A DNA stretch of 58,729 nucleotides from a virus (IMGVR_UViG_3300045912_000522:1-58729), one strand, 5' to 3'; shown: positions 1 to 9,265, numbered from the stretch's first letter. Numbers and translations are program-made. Notes: a model not told the origin generated them from the sequence alone.

Positions 1-174
1 CGAGGCATTCACCGTGAGCAGCGTGCCGCCAGCGTTGAAATCGTCAATGCGGAACGGCACCTGGGTTTGGCCATTCGCCATTTTGATGAGAAGGCCGAGG
101 TTGCCAGCGTTCAGTGTGTTGAGAGTGAGGGCCACCGTGGATATCACGGCACCATTCAGAGCATGGTATCCGTT
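1..174. repeat. Terminal direct repeat, left copy (circular contig overlap)
   Basis: 1-174 equals 58556-58729 except A47 vs G58602. Confidence 0.95.
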
Positions 175-966
175 TGCCGTGTCGTGCTCCACGCGAACGC
201 TGTTCGATGTGTTCCGCAGCCGGAAGAGTGCTGCATTCGTGAGTTGCAAGATCTGTGTGCCACCCGAGGTCTGAAACCGAGCGAAGTCCTGGTTCTGGAT
301 GCTGTTTCCCTGAACCAGGAACTGCACCTCGTCCCCTACCCCCACTATCGACAACCTCGCCAGGTTTGCAGTGGAGGTCCCGATATTGACCTGCCTACCG
401 GAGAGAATCGTGATGGCGCGGGTGCCCTGCACGGCGAAGATCATGTCTTGGCTGGCACCGTTGGCGTTGAAGATCAGGCCGGTGCTGTCGCTGCCGCTCT
501 GCAGACCGAAACGGTCTTGTAATATGCTGGAACTGTGATTAGGGGTAAACGCAGCCAGATCGCCGCTGTTCGTGTTGCCTCCCCCGTTACAGCTCAACGT
601 GATACGGGCCAGGGCACCGTTGCTGTTCGCGCTGTTGGCCTCGTGGCACCTGATCAATCCCGAGGACCCATCCGCGCCGATCTCCACATGGCGGCCATTA
701 AGCGCATTGCTGCCGATGGTCACCCTGCTGGTTGAATCAACCTTGAATGCCGTGACGCCGTTCACCTGGAGATTGACCAACTCGCCGGGGAACCCGCTTG
801 GCGCACCGATGGCCAGGTAGGTGCCATCAACATCGCCGCCGACAAGGGCGTTTCCGAGTCGCAGAAGCGCCTTCGTTGCCGACGCCTGCGGCGTGCCCGC
901 GAGGATGTGCTCTCCGGCGGTGCGCTGGAGGTGCTGCGCCTGGCTGATTGCGTTCCAGAGGCCCAT
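1..966 (-). CDS. Virion fibre-like protein, 5' part; continues across the junction into 58555-58247 (about 424 aa total)
   Basis: ATG at 966 (MGLWNAISQAQHLQR...), open to base 1, Gly/Asn/Ser-rich beta-type sequence; same frame as 58247-58702 ORF; not in ORF track because it runs off the edge. Confidence 0.75.
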   Translation of the reverse strand, partial: MGLWNAISQAQHLQRTAGEHILAGTPQASATKALLRLGNALVGGDVDGTYLAIGAPSGFPGELVNLQVNGVTAFKVDSTSRVTIGSNALNGRHVEIGADGSSGLIRCHEANSANSNGALARITLSCNGGGNTNSGDLAAFTPNHSSSILQDRFGLQSGSDSTGLIFNANGASQDMIFAVQGTRAITILSGRQVNIGTSTANLARLSIVGVGDEVQFLVQGNSIQNQDFARFQTSGGTQILQLTNAALFRLRNTSNSVRVEHDTANGYHALNGAVISTVALTLNTLNAGNLGLLIKMANGQTQVPFRIDDFNAGGTLLTVNAS

Positions 967-971
967 CCGGC

Positions 972-1223
972 CTACTCCTTGACGCCGGGAGGCGTCTCCT
1001 CCTCGGGGAGCGTCGCTAGCCACTCCTCGTGCGCGCGTCGGAGATTCGCCTGCGCCTTAACTCGGAGTTCGTAGCGCCGCCGCTCGACCTCGCTCTCGGG
1101 TTCCATCACACGATTGATATAGCTCTCCAGCGTCAACGCGTCAATGTTCTTGAGCGCCTGATGCCAGTAGGCGCGCTGCTCGTCCAGCGTCAGGTGTTCG
1201 AGGTTCGGGTAGTCCGCCGCCAC
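972..1223 (-). CDS. Hypothetical protein
   Basis: GTG start 2 nt after upstream stop, within late operon. Confidence 0.55.
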   Translation of the reverse strand: MAADYPNLEHLTLDEQRAYWHQALKNIDALTLESYINRVMEPESEVERRRYELRVKAQANLRRAHEEWLATLPEEETPPGVKE

Positions 1224-1225
1224 GA

Positions 1226-1633
1226 TCAAGCCTCCCCTTCCCACGCCACGAACTCCTTTCCCGCCGTGGCACCGACGATGTTAACGGCCGCGGTGGGAAT
1301 CACGCCGGACGCGTCGGGGAACTCGATCTTCCCGAGGCCGCCTGGCAAGAGCAGCGCCGACGGCGGGCCTTGTTCGGCGTCTGCTCCAAATCGCACCCAC
1401 AGATTTTCATCCGAGACATTCTGAACCAGCAGGTAGAGGCGGTCAGGATTCGCATTGAAAACTGGCTGCGAGACGCCGCCGGTAGTGATGGACAACGCGT
1501 CGGCCGGTGTGATATCGATAGGCGTGATACCGCTGCCGGTCGTCATAACGACCTCTGGGCGATGGCCGCCTGGAAGGATCGGATCCTTCTGGACTATCGG
1601 TCTCGTCGTTCCGTCGTGAACCGTGCTTGCCAC
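1226..1633 (-). CDS. Putative virion structural protein
   Basis: ORF with RBS (GAGGTG), downstream of capsid genes, beta-rich. Confidence 0.6.
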   Translation of the reverse strand: MASTVHDGTTRPIVQKDPILPGGHRPEVVMTTGSGITPIDITPADALSITTGGVSQPVFNANPDRLYLLVQNVSDENLWVRFGADAEQGPPSALLLPGGLGKIEFPDASGVIPTAAVNIVGATAGKEFVAWEGEA

Positions 1634-1698
1634 GCGTCACCTCGCAAGGGGCCGGGCCGGCGAGGAAGGAGGGAACCCGCCGGCCCGGCAGCAGTCAA

Positions 1699-2328
1699 CT
1701 AGACGAACAGGTAGATATCGACGGCCGTCCCGTTCAGCGCGCTGTTCAGGTCCACGGTGTTGCTCTCCAGCGCCGAGATGGAGACCGCGACCGTGGGCGG
1801 CGTGCCCTCGCGCGTGTTGTTCAGGTAGGCGTCCTGAACCGTGTTGTGCGCGAGCTTGTAGGGCAGGCCAATCTTGTCACCGAATCCGATGGCCGTCGTG
1901 GCACCCGTGCCGTCGTGGGCGGGGATGGTGACCTTCGTCACCGTCTTGAACGCCTTGTTGCCGACGACCGTGCCCGGCGTGTCTACGGTGAACGCCGGCA
2001 GCGTCTCCGTGATGGTCTCGCCCGCGTCGTTCGTGCCCTCGACCGTCACCTGGATGGCCTTGATGTCGCCCGCCGTGCCGCCCGCCGTGGCCGTGATGTT
2101 GCGCGGGTAGGGCGGATTGGTGAAGCCGGTCGTGATGACCTGCTGCGCGCCGTTGTCCTGAACCGCCGCGTGAACGGCGTCCGTGTCGGCAGCGGCGGCT
2201 TCGGCTGCGGTCAGCTTGACGTGGGCGACAAAGCCGAGGTCCACCGTGCGGGCGCCCTCGACGCCCTGCAGCTCCTGACCGAGGAGCGGGTTCTTGGGAT
2301 ACCAGCCTCCGGGGCTTGCGCTGCTCAT
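1699..2328 (-). CDS. Putative capsid decoration/cement protein
   Basis: Thr/Gly/Ala-rich 209 aa immediately downstream of the major capsid gene. Confidence 0.55.
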   Translation of the reverse strand: MSSASPGGWYPKNPLLGQELQGVEGARTVDLGFVAHVKLTAAEAAAADTDAVHAAVQDNGAQQVITTGFTNPPYPRNITATAGGTAGDIKAIQVTVEGTNDAGETITETLPAFTVDTPGTVVGNKAFKTVTKVTIPAHDGTGATTAIGFGDKIGLPYKLAHNTVQDAYLNNTREGTPPTVAVSISALESNTVDLNSALNGTAVDIYLFV

Positions 2329-2381
2329 TTCGCACTCCTGGCGGGGGCCGTGAGGAAGCGCCCGCCGTCGCTCTTCATCAT
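2325..2381 (-). CDS. 18-aa micro-ORF (MMKSDGGRFLTAPARSAK) coupled to the next gene
   Basis: Strong RBS AGGAGGTG; its TGA overlaps the ATG of 1699-2328 (ATGA). Confidence 0.4.
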   Translation of the reverse strand: MMKSDGGRFLTAPARSAK

Positions 2382-2402
2382 CGCCTCACCTCCTATGGAG
2401 AG

Positions 2403-2430
2403 GAGGGGGCCAGCCGGAGCCGGCCCCCTC
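2403..2430 (-). terminator. Putative terminator hairpin after major capsid gene
   Basis: GAGGGGGCC...GGCCCCCTC inverted repeat followed by a pyrimidine tract on the minus strand. Confidence 0.5.
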
Positions 2431-2438
2431 GGCGGGCA

Positions 2439-3398
2439 CTAGGCTGCCGGCAGCAGGACCGAGAACGGGTAGCGCGTGGCGTCGTTCTCGTTCATCCGGT
2501 TTACCGGGTTCGGGATCTGCCAGGCGATCCGCATTACGAACCGCATGGCGACCATATCCTGCTGCGCTAGGTTGTGGGTGATGTCACCCGCCGCGTCCTG
2601 AAGGACGGCCTCGGTCAGGAGCTTGGTCGTCATATCCTTCCGCATAGCCCAGACGAGCTTCGACCAGTCGCCCGCGAACAGAAGCGCCTGCGAATCGTCC
2701 ATGCTCCCGTTCATCGGGTAGACGAGTGGCCGACCGCCGAGCGTGTCCGGCTGGTTCGCCTGCATAGACGCCTTGTAAATGGGCTGCCCGTTGGCGTCCC
2801 GCAGGCCCTCCAGCAGCGCCTCCACCTCGATGTCGCCGACGTAGCCGGTCACTCGGTAGCCGTCCTTGGCGAGCAGGTTCTTCAGGCCGCCGGGCTTGAA
2901 GATTTCGTCGTAGATGTCCGCCATCGCGCCGTGCGTGATGGTGTGGCCCGCCGCCGTGGCGCCGGTCAGGATGTCGTCGGGCCAGCTCGCCGGCGCTTCC
3001 TCGCCGAAGAGAACCGCGCGGTCGAACTTTTTCCCGAATGCCTCGGAAATCTTCGGCCGCACCTGCTCCCAGATGGGCGTGTCCACGTCGTCGAGGACCG
3101 CCTCGGGGATGGGCACGATGACAGCGATCTCCTCGACGTTGAGGAACTTGTTCTTCCACTCCATCGAGGTCGTCTTCTTCAGGCCGCCGGTGGGCGCCTC
3201 GCCGTCGACAAAGTAGGCTGTCGGCAGGACCGACTGCACCTTGACGCGCGTCTGGTTGCGGGAGATGTCCGGCAGGCGCCGAGCCATCGACATAATGACC
3301 GACTGCTGCGGCATCTCCTGAAAGATTTCCGCGACAACCTCCTCGGGAATGAGGGGCTGCGCGTTTGCACGGCTAATCAGGTTGTCGTAGTCCGACAC
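2439..3398 (-). CDS. Major capsid protein (HK97 fold)
   Basis: LIPEEV..EIF, EEIAVIVPIPEAVLDD, GDWSKL, NLAQQDMVAMR motifs; follows scaffold. Confidence 0.92.
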   Translation of the reverse strand: MSDYDNLISRANAQPLIPEEVVAEIFQEMPQQSVIMSMARRLPDISRNQTRVKVQSVLPTAYFVDGEAPTGGLKKTTSMEWKNKFLNVEEIAVIVPIPEAVLDDVDTPIWEQVRPKISEAFGKKFDRAVLFGEEAPASWPDDILTGATAAGHTITHGAMADIYDEIFKPGGLKNLLAKDGYRVTGYVGDIEVEALLEGLRDANGQPIYKASMQANQPDTLGGRPLVYPMNGSMDDSQALLFAGDWSKLVWAMRKDMTTKLLTEAVLQDAAGDITHNLAQQDMVAMRFVMRIAWQIPNPVNRMNENDATRYPFSVLLPAA

Positions 3399-3418
3399 TT
3401 ATGGCTCCCCCGCAGGAG

Positions 3419-4060
3419 CTAGACCATCCGGCCTGCGGCCCGGCGAATTCGCGTGTCCATGTCGACGGGCTCCTTGTTCTTGCCGTTGCCCGCGCCCGCG
3501 TCGGCGCTGCCGGCACTCGGCTTCACAAAGAGTTGCGGATACTCGCGCTTCACGGCGGCGACCCCGGCCTTCACATCCTCGGCGTCCGCCGGCACCAGTC
3601 CGACAATCGCCTCGGGCACGATGGCCCCGGCCGCTGCGGCCTGCGCGAGGATGGCCGCCCGGCGGCTCTCGCCCGCGAGCCGGGCGTTCTCCGCCTCCAG
3701 CTCCTTCAGCCGCTTCTCGCGCCTCTCGGTGTCGGAGAGCTTCTCGTCCTCCAGCGCCTTGAGCTTGGCCTCGATGGCCGCTTTCTCGCGCCGGTGCTTG
3801 GCCGCTTCCTCGCGGAGTTCGCGGACGTAGCTCTCGGGATACTGCTTGTCGTTCTTGGCGTCGCCGGCCCCGCCGGCACCCGCCTGCTGCTGCCCGCCTG
3901 GGGCACCGCCTTCGTTGCCGGACTGGCCGCCGCCCTCACCGGTCCCGCCGCTGCCGGCCGGGGAACCCGCCCCGTCGCCGCTGCTGGTTGAACCGCCCGA
4001 GCCTGCGCCGCTGTCCGCGCTGAAGACCGTAAAGGGCTCCTGGCCCAAAAGATGTCGCAT
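3419..4060 (-). CDS. Capsid scaffolding protein
   Basis: Gly-rich N-terminus, YVRELREEAAKHR coiled coil, C-terminal MDTRIRRAAGR; precedes capsid gene. Confidence 0.8.
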   Translation of the reverse strand: MRHLLGQEPFTVFSADSGAGSGGSTSSGDGAGSPAGSGGTGEGGGQSGNEGGAPGGQQQAGAGGAGDAKNDKQYPESYVRELREEAAKHRREKAAIEAKLKALEDEKLSDTERREKRLKELEAENARLAGESRRAAILAQAAAAGAIVPEAIVGLVPADAEDVKAGVAAVKREYPQLFVKPSAGSADAGAGNGKNKEPVDMDTRIRRAAGRMV

Positions 4061-4268
4061 ACACTCTCCCGGTGACGCTCTGCAGCGACTAAAGTCGCGC
4101 AGCTTCTTGGAGCACGCACGCCGCAACCGGCCACGTTATGCCCCAACGGGCGCGTCCCGCCCGGTCCAACAAGTTGAAGCGTCTCTCACTTTCCACTATA
4201 GCGGCAGCTACTCTCTAGGACGTCCACCTGTCGGTCAGGCTGTCAGTTGAACCATCATCGCAGCGCGC

Positions 4269-4297
4269 TTGCTCCGTTGAACCGAAATCGGTAGACT
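4269..4297 (+). promoter_or_regulatory. sigma70 promoter of dpdA cassette with overlapping GTTGAAC box
   Basis: TTGCTC-N17-TAGACT; boxes at 4246 and 4276. Confidence 0.65.
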
Positions 4298-4317
4298 ATC
4301 AATGGAGGAACCGCCCG

Positions 4318-5070
4318 ATGCATTTCTGGCTCGGCACACATCAACCTGCCTGGTTGGAACGCCTGGATGTGCCGCTCTGCGTGTCGCGCCGCCGGCTGGC
4401 CGGTCGGAAGCGCCTGCCGCGTGCCCGCGTGCCGTGGGTGCTAGACAGCGGCGGATACTCGGAGCTGGATCTCTACGGCGAGTGGACTGTCGGGCCGGAG
4501 CAGTATGTCGCCGAGGCGCGCCGGTTCGCTGCCGAAATGGGGCAACTGGAGTGGGCCGCACCGCAGGACTGGATGTGCGAGGAGTGGATCCTGGAGAAAA
4601 CGGGCCTGCCCCTGCGAGAGCACCAGTGGCGCACACTGGCGAGCTACCTCACGCTGACGGATATGGCGCCCGACATACCCTGGATACCTGTGCTTCAGGG
4701 GGCCGCGACCGAGGACTACCTGCGCCACGCGGACGCCTACCTCGCGGCGGGCGTGGAGTTGGAGCGGCTGCCAATCGTCGGAGTGGGCAGCGTCTGTCGC
4801 CGTCAGGCGATGGATGAGGCAGAGGTCATCATCCGACAACTCCAGCCTCTGAACCTGCACGGCTTCGGGTTCAAGATGACTGGGCTTCGGCGCTGCTGGG
4901 ACGTGCTGGCCTCCGCCGACAGCATGGCCTGGTCATTCGCCGCGCGTCGGCAACCGCCACTGCCGGGCTGCACCCACAAGCACTGCAACAACTGCATCAT
5001 CTACGCGCTCCAGTGGCGCGACGAGGTGCTTCGGATACCGATTGGACAACAGAGGACGCTGCGACTATGA
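4318..5070 (+). CDS. dpdA: DpdA/TGT-like DNA 7-deazaguanine transglycosylase
   Basis: LDSGGY, PQDWMCE, PVLQG, GVGSVCRR, LHGFG, SADSMAWS and C-terminal C-x-H-x2-CNNC zinc motif typical of TGT-fold DpdA-like proteins; RBS GGAGG. Confidence 0.75.
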   Translation: MHFWLGTHQPAWLERLDVPLCVSRRRLAGRKRLPRARVPWVLDSGGYSELDLYGEWTVGPEQYVAEARRFAAEMGQLEWAAPQDWMCEEWILEKTGLPLREHQWRTLASYLTLTDMAPDIPWIPVLQGAATEDYLRHADAYLAAGVELERLPIVGVGSVCRRQAMDEAEVIIRQLQPLNLHGFGFKMTGLRRCWDVLASADSMAWSFAARRQPPLPGCTHKHCNNCIIYALQWRDEVLRIPIGQQRTLRL

Positions 5071-5417
5071 CCCTGAAGACGATGCCCAACGAGCTGCCCC
5101 GCGTGCCCCTCTGGGTGGAGAATACCATCGCCCTACCGAAGTGCTGCCCCGTCAGCGGGAACCCGCAGGCCGGCAGCCGCGTTCGTATCCGCTACCGGCC
5201 GGCCGAGGCCGTGCTAGAGGTCTACTCCCTCAAAGGCTACATCGCGGAGTATGTCGGCGGCCACGAGAACGGCATTCGGAGCATGGAGGCGATGATACAG
5301 CGGATCGCCCTCGACTGCGCCGAAGTCCTCGGCGTGCCGGTCGTCGTGCTGGCGGATCTCGTCCTGCACCCACACCAGGAGATGCGCGTCCGCGTCAAGG
5401 CTCTCCCGCCCGCGTAG
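5067..5417 (+). CDS. QueF/QueF-like T-fold protein
   Basis: CPVSG catalytic-Cys motif, Y-x-P..LEVYSLKGY segment, SME substrate Glu; ATGA-coupled to dpdA. Confidence 0.65.
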   Translation: MTLKTMPNELPRVPLWVENTIALPKCCPVSGNPQAGSRVRIRYRPAEAVLEVYSLKGYIAEYVGGHENGIRSMEAMIQRIALDCAEVLGVPVVVLADLVLHPHQEMRVRVKALPPA

Positions 5418-5647
5418 CGGAGGAACAACTTCCGCCCGCACCCTCTAGATGCAGTTGAACCTGCCGATAACTCTCCTGTCGGAAGGTGAACCGGCAAGCG
5501 ACGGAGGGAGCGATGGCGACGAGCGTGGTGTTCTACGGAGTGCGGTGGGGAAGCGAGCCCGAGCAGCAGGTCGAGGGGCCGCACCTGACCGCGCCGAGCG
5601 TGTGGGCCGCCGACGAAGGCCACCGTGCTGGAGGAGGCCGTCCCCGC

Positions 5648-6742
5648 CTAGCGGGGCGGCCCCGGCACCGCCGCCGCCCCGACGACCTCGCCTCCTCTGC
5701 CGTCCCGCACCGCCCGCAGGCTCCTCGCGTAGTGCATATCCCCCCACTCGGGATTGCCTCGACGGGCTACGAAGTCGGCCAACGACACCTCGCCGCGACG
5801 ATACGCCTCGTAGCCGGCTGGCCCGAGCACCGCGCGCTGCGTCTCCTCTGGCTGCCGGGCGAACACATCGCTGCCGGCTTCGATTTCCGGTCGCGTTTCC
5901 GGTATCCCGTGGAAGCCCAGCTCTGCCCAGGAGCGCGTTCTGGGGCTCATACTGCAGCGACACGCAGGGTGAGACGCAAGCGGCTCGTCAAGCGGCCAGA
6001 ATGACCCGTGGAGCGCCCAGCAGCTAGGACAGGTGCGAGGCCCCAACTCTGCCGTCCACACCCACCCCTCGACGACATCCGCGTTCGCCTGGTAGGTCGC
6101 CCGCGTCGCCTCACGGTGCGCGCGTAGCACCTCCGTCCTGGCGATCAGCAACGCGCGGTTCAAGCCCAGGCTCTCCGCCTCCCGCACCTGCCGCGCTATC
6201 TCGCGCGGGCCGAGGCCGGCCGCGACACCCGCGAGAAGCCCCTGCTCGAGTCGCTCCGACACGAGGGCCGGCAGCGCGTCGAACAGCCGGCGGAGGGGGC
6301 TCCCGTCGCCCAGGACGCCGACCAGCTCCTCCAGCGCACCCGCGGGCAGCCGCAGAAACGACACCTCCACCGCCGCGACCGCCGGCGCCGGCCCGTCGCC
6401 GAGGGCTGCCAGCGTGAGCTGCCGCGCCTGCTCCCCAGCTGCCGCCACCGTCTGCGCCTGCCGCGCCTCCGTCTCCTGCGCCGCCTGGCGCGCGAACGTG
6501 GCGAGCGCCGCCTCTGCCTGCGCCTTGAGGTTCGCCAGCCGCTCCTGCTGGAACAGCCACGACACGCCGACCGGCTGCCCGCGCTCCTCCGCCTGCGCTA
6601 TCTGGCGCGTGACGCGGTCGAGCTGCTGCGAGAGGCGGGCCGTAGCGACGGCGTAGGCGCGGACCATGCGCGCGGCGGCGCGGCTCTCCTGCGCGAGGAG
6701 GTCGCGGCGGAACTCGGCTGCGAGGGCTTGCAGGGTAGCCAT
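5648..6742 (-). CDS. MuF-like (SPP1 gp7 family) minor head protein
   Basis: RALLIARTE, RTCPSCWALHG, HPACRC motifs. Confidence 0.88.
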   Translation of the reverse strand: MATLQALAAEFRRDLLAQESRAAARMVRAYAVATARLSQQLDRVTRQIAQAEERGQPVGVSWLFQQERLANLKAQAEAALATFARQAAQETEARQAQTVAAAGEQARQLTLAALGDGPAPAVAAVEVSFLRLPAGALEELVGVLGDGSPLRRLFDALPALVSERLEQGLLAGVAAGLGPREIARQVREAESLGLNRALLIARTEVLRAHREATRATYQANADVVEGWVWTAELGPRTCPSCWALHGSFWPLDEPLASHPACRCSMSPRTRSWAELGFHGIPETRPEIEAGSDVFARQPEETQRAVLGPAGYEAYRRGEVSLADFVARRGNPEWGDMHYARSLRAVRDGRGGEVVGAAAVPGPPR

Positions 6743-6808
6743 TGATTGCTTGCGGCGGGTTCTATTCGGTCAGATTAGAGATTACTTCAATTATACCCGA
6801 CTAACCCG

Positions 6809-6837
6809 TTGCACAGTTGAACTTCTCCCGGTAGAGT
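6809..6837 (+). promoter_or_regulatory. sigma70 promoter with boxes at 6816 and 6847
   Basis: TTGCAC-N17-TAGAGT. Confidence 0.65.
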
Positions 6838-6855
6838 AGGTCGGAGGTTCAACCT

Positions 6856-7095
6856 ATGAGATACCTACCCATCCCTACCCTACTCTCCTTTCAACTGGAC
6901 CACGACCAAGACGATGCTGCCGTCGCCCGCGATGAGGCCCGCGCGCTGGTTGACCTCGCCATCGCGCTGCTGGAGGCAGCTGACCGGCCCGAGAGCGCCG
7001 CCCAGTTGCGGCGTCGTGCGCACTGGCTGCCATCTTCGCCCTCCAGTTGGCCGATGGCATACGCGTTAGCGCCGTGCGGCGCACCGATCCGATGA
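6856..7095 (+). CDS. Hypothetical protein (moron operon)
   Basis: RBS GGAGG after promoter. Confidence 0.5.
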   Translation: MRYLPIPTLLSFQLDHDQDDAAVARDEARALVDLAIALLEAADRPESAAQLRRRAHWLPSSPSSWPMAYALAPCGAPIR

Positions 7096-7121
7096 GCGTC
7101 TTCGCTCTGTAGGAGGCCACA

Positions 7122-7406
7122 ATGAGCAACAACCTACCGCCCGGCCTTACCGGCCTGGAGCCGGAAATCGTCGGCTACGACGAAGCCGAGTATCCCTTCC
7201 ACGTGTGGGCGATGGAGCACCGCGAGGACGGCTGGGAAGACGAGGTCGTCTGTCGAACGCGCGAGGAGGCGGTCAACGTCTACGGCGGGATGGTCGACAC
7301 GCTGGTCTACGCGAACGGCCCCGTCGTGGAGTGGCGGCCCGGCAGGACGAAGGGCACGCGCTACACGGTGGGCATTACCGACCTAACGGGAGATGAGGGG
7401 CGATGA
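7122..7406 (+). CDS. Hypothetical protein
   Basis: RBS AGGAGG, coupled to next ORF. Confidence 0.65.
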   Translation: MSNNLPPGLTGLEPEIVGYDEAEYPFHVWAMEHREDGWEDEVVCRTREEAVNVYGGMVDTLVYANGPVVEWRPGRTKGTRYTVGITDLTGDEGR

Positions 7407-7687
7407 AGACCCAGAGGTGGCCGCTCCTGCCGCCTGACGAAGCCAAGCGCAGGGCCGCCCTAGCAGCGCGCGACTGCCGCTCCAACAGCAAGCGCGTGGG
7501 CGGCCTCCTCGCCCGCGTCTGGGAGGGATACGAGAGCGAGACGGGGAAGCCTGACCCGGAGGAAGCGGAGAACCTGCTCGCCTCCGTGGACGCGGCAGCA
7601 GCCGCGGCACGGGAGCTTCTCGCAGCAATGGGCTACCGCCGTACGGTCGAGAAGTGGGAGCGAAAGGCGGCCGACTATGTCGAGTGA
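7403..7687 (+). CDS. Hypothetical protein
   Basis: ATGA overlap with previous ORF. Confidence 0.6.
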   Translation: MKTQRWPLLPPDEAKRRAALAARDCRSNSKRVGGLLARVWEGYESETGKPDPEEAENLLASVDAAAAAARELLAAMGYRRTVEKWERKAADYVE

Positions 7688-7732
7688 CTGCTCCACGGCC
7701 GGTAAAGCGGCGTGGCTTTATCGGACGCCCCC

Positions 7733-9265
7733 CTAGGCCGCCCCGTTCGCCCCGCCGTCCCCCTGCACGCCGCGCGCCGCCATCTCACCCCGATCGAGCT
7801 GGCCGAGGACGGTGGCGGCAACGTCGGCCCCCTCCTCCTCGCGCTCGATGTCGAACTCGTCGATCTGCTCCTCGCTGTAGCCCAACTCGCGCTGGAGCTG
7901 ACGCAACGGCACCCCGAGCTGCCTCTTGAGGAGCAGCGTCTCCGCGTGCTCCTTCTCGCTCCGAGGCGCGGGGTCTTCCCAGACGGCGCGGAACTGCACC
8001 TCCTCCGGGTGGCCCTGGATGACGTGGCAGAACCGCACGAGGTCGGCCCACACCGCGCCAAACGCGAGCTGCCGGTCCCTGCACTTCCGCACGAGCCGCG
8101 CCTCCAGCGCCTTCAGCGCCTCACCGCTCGGCGGGTCCGTCATCAGCGCGAAGTAGTGTAGGGGCGTGCCGGATATGCGCGCGATGTCCATGCGGAAGTC
8201 GTTGATGACATCGGAGAACTGGCGGAGGTCGGACTGCGCGAACTCGCCGAACTTGACCTCGGTGCTGCCCGTCGTCCAGAGCCGGTCTACCCCTGGCGTG
8301 AACGGCGGGATGGGCTTGCCGTCGTCGTCGTATTGGATCTCCAGCCCCGTGGCCCACCGCTGCGGCAGCGCCACGAACTCCATCGCGGCCATCATATCCA
8401 TCAGCGCCTTGTTGAGCGCATCTTGCAGCGGGATGACATCACGCAACTCGGAGGCGCCGCTCTCGCCCGTGCTGGCGTTGTTCGCGAAGTGGAACACGGG
8501 CACGCGGCCGTAGGGGTTCGGCAGCGGCCACGGCTCGCCGGGCACCTCCAGCGGCTCGAACGCGGACACCCGCTCGGGGAGCTGCTGGTGCTTGGTCTTC
8601 GTCACGTATTTCTCGATCCGGTCGGCGTAGTAGAGCGTGAGCCGGTAGCGCGCGGAGGCGCGGACGCCGCAGGCGATGTCCTTCGGGTCGATACTGTCTA
8701 CGTCCCGCCACGCCTTCACCGCCCACACGATACGGCCCGGCCGGTCGGGGTCATACCAGACGCGGATCCGCTTGCAGTCCTGATGGTAGATGAGGGGCCG
8801 CTTCGGGTCGTCGGGGTCGGGCCACACGATGACGTAGGCGTCGCCGTCGCGGAGGGCCTGGAGGTGGACGCGGCCGGCGTTGTAGTCCATCCGGTTGTGC
8901 TTCCACACCTGCCGGATGTGCTGCTCGTGGACATCGGCCTGCGCGGCCAGGCGCGCCTCCTGCCGGTGGCGCCGCTGCTCGGCGGGCCGGGCTTCCGCCA
9001 CCCGCGCCGCGGCCTCCTGGTCCTCCACGTCCACCTCGAAGCCCGTGATGACGAGCCGGTCGGCCACGGCGTCCACGACGGGCGGGCACACGTTCGCCCG
9101 GAAGCAGCGGAAGAGGCGGCCGAACGCGTTGCGGAACTTCTCCGACGCGAACGCGAGCCGGTGGCGGCCCTCGTAGTAGTCCTCGTAGAGGGCGTAGTCG
9201 CACTCGGCGCGCAGGAGCGCCAGCGCCTTCGGGAAGACTTCCTCGGTGATGTAGGGCTCCGCCAC
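7733..9265 (-). CDS. Portal protein, SPP1 gp6-like
   Basis: YYEGRH, NPYGRVPVFHFAN, ALPQRWATG, PSGEALK motifs; lies between terL and MuF. Confidence 0.9.
   Translation of the reverse strand: MAEPYITEEVFPKALALLRAECDYALYEDYYEGRHRLAFASEKFRNAFGRLFRCFRANVCPPVVDAVADRLVITGFEVDVEDQEAAARVAEARPAEQRRHRQEARLAAQADVHEQHIRQVWKHNRMDYNAGRVHLQALRDGDAYVIVWPDPDDPKRPLIYHQDCKRIRVWYDPDRPGRIVWAVKAWRDVDSIDPKDIACGVRASARYRLTLYYADRIEKYVTKTKHQQLPERVSAFEPLEVPGEPWPLPNPYGRVPVFHFANNASTGESGASELRDVIPLQDALNKALMDMMAAMEFVALPQRWATGLEIQYDDDGKPIPPFTPGVDRLWTTGSTEVKFGEFAQSDLRQFSDVINDFRMDIARISGTPLHYFALMTDPPSGEALKALEARLVRKCRDRQLAFGAVWADLVRFCHVIQGHPEEVQFRAVWEDPAPRSEKEHAETLLLKRQLGVPLRQLQRELGYSEEQIDEFDIEREEEGADVAATVLGQLDRGEMAARGVQGDGGANGAA

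Noticed and set aside
1-174. End repeat as a DGR template/variable pair or a physical terminal repeat
   Set aside because: No reverse transcriptase is present, there is only one mismatch, and a gene reads through the junction, so assembly overlap is simpler.
5486-6004. Plus-strand ORF after the QueF-like gene
   Set aside because: It overlaps MuF antisense by more than 350 nt; only a short, possibly frameshifted remnant (5513-5651) is plausible, so it was not called.
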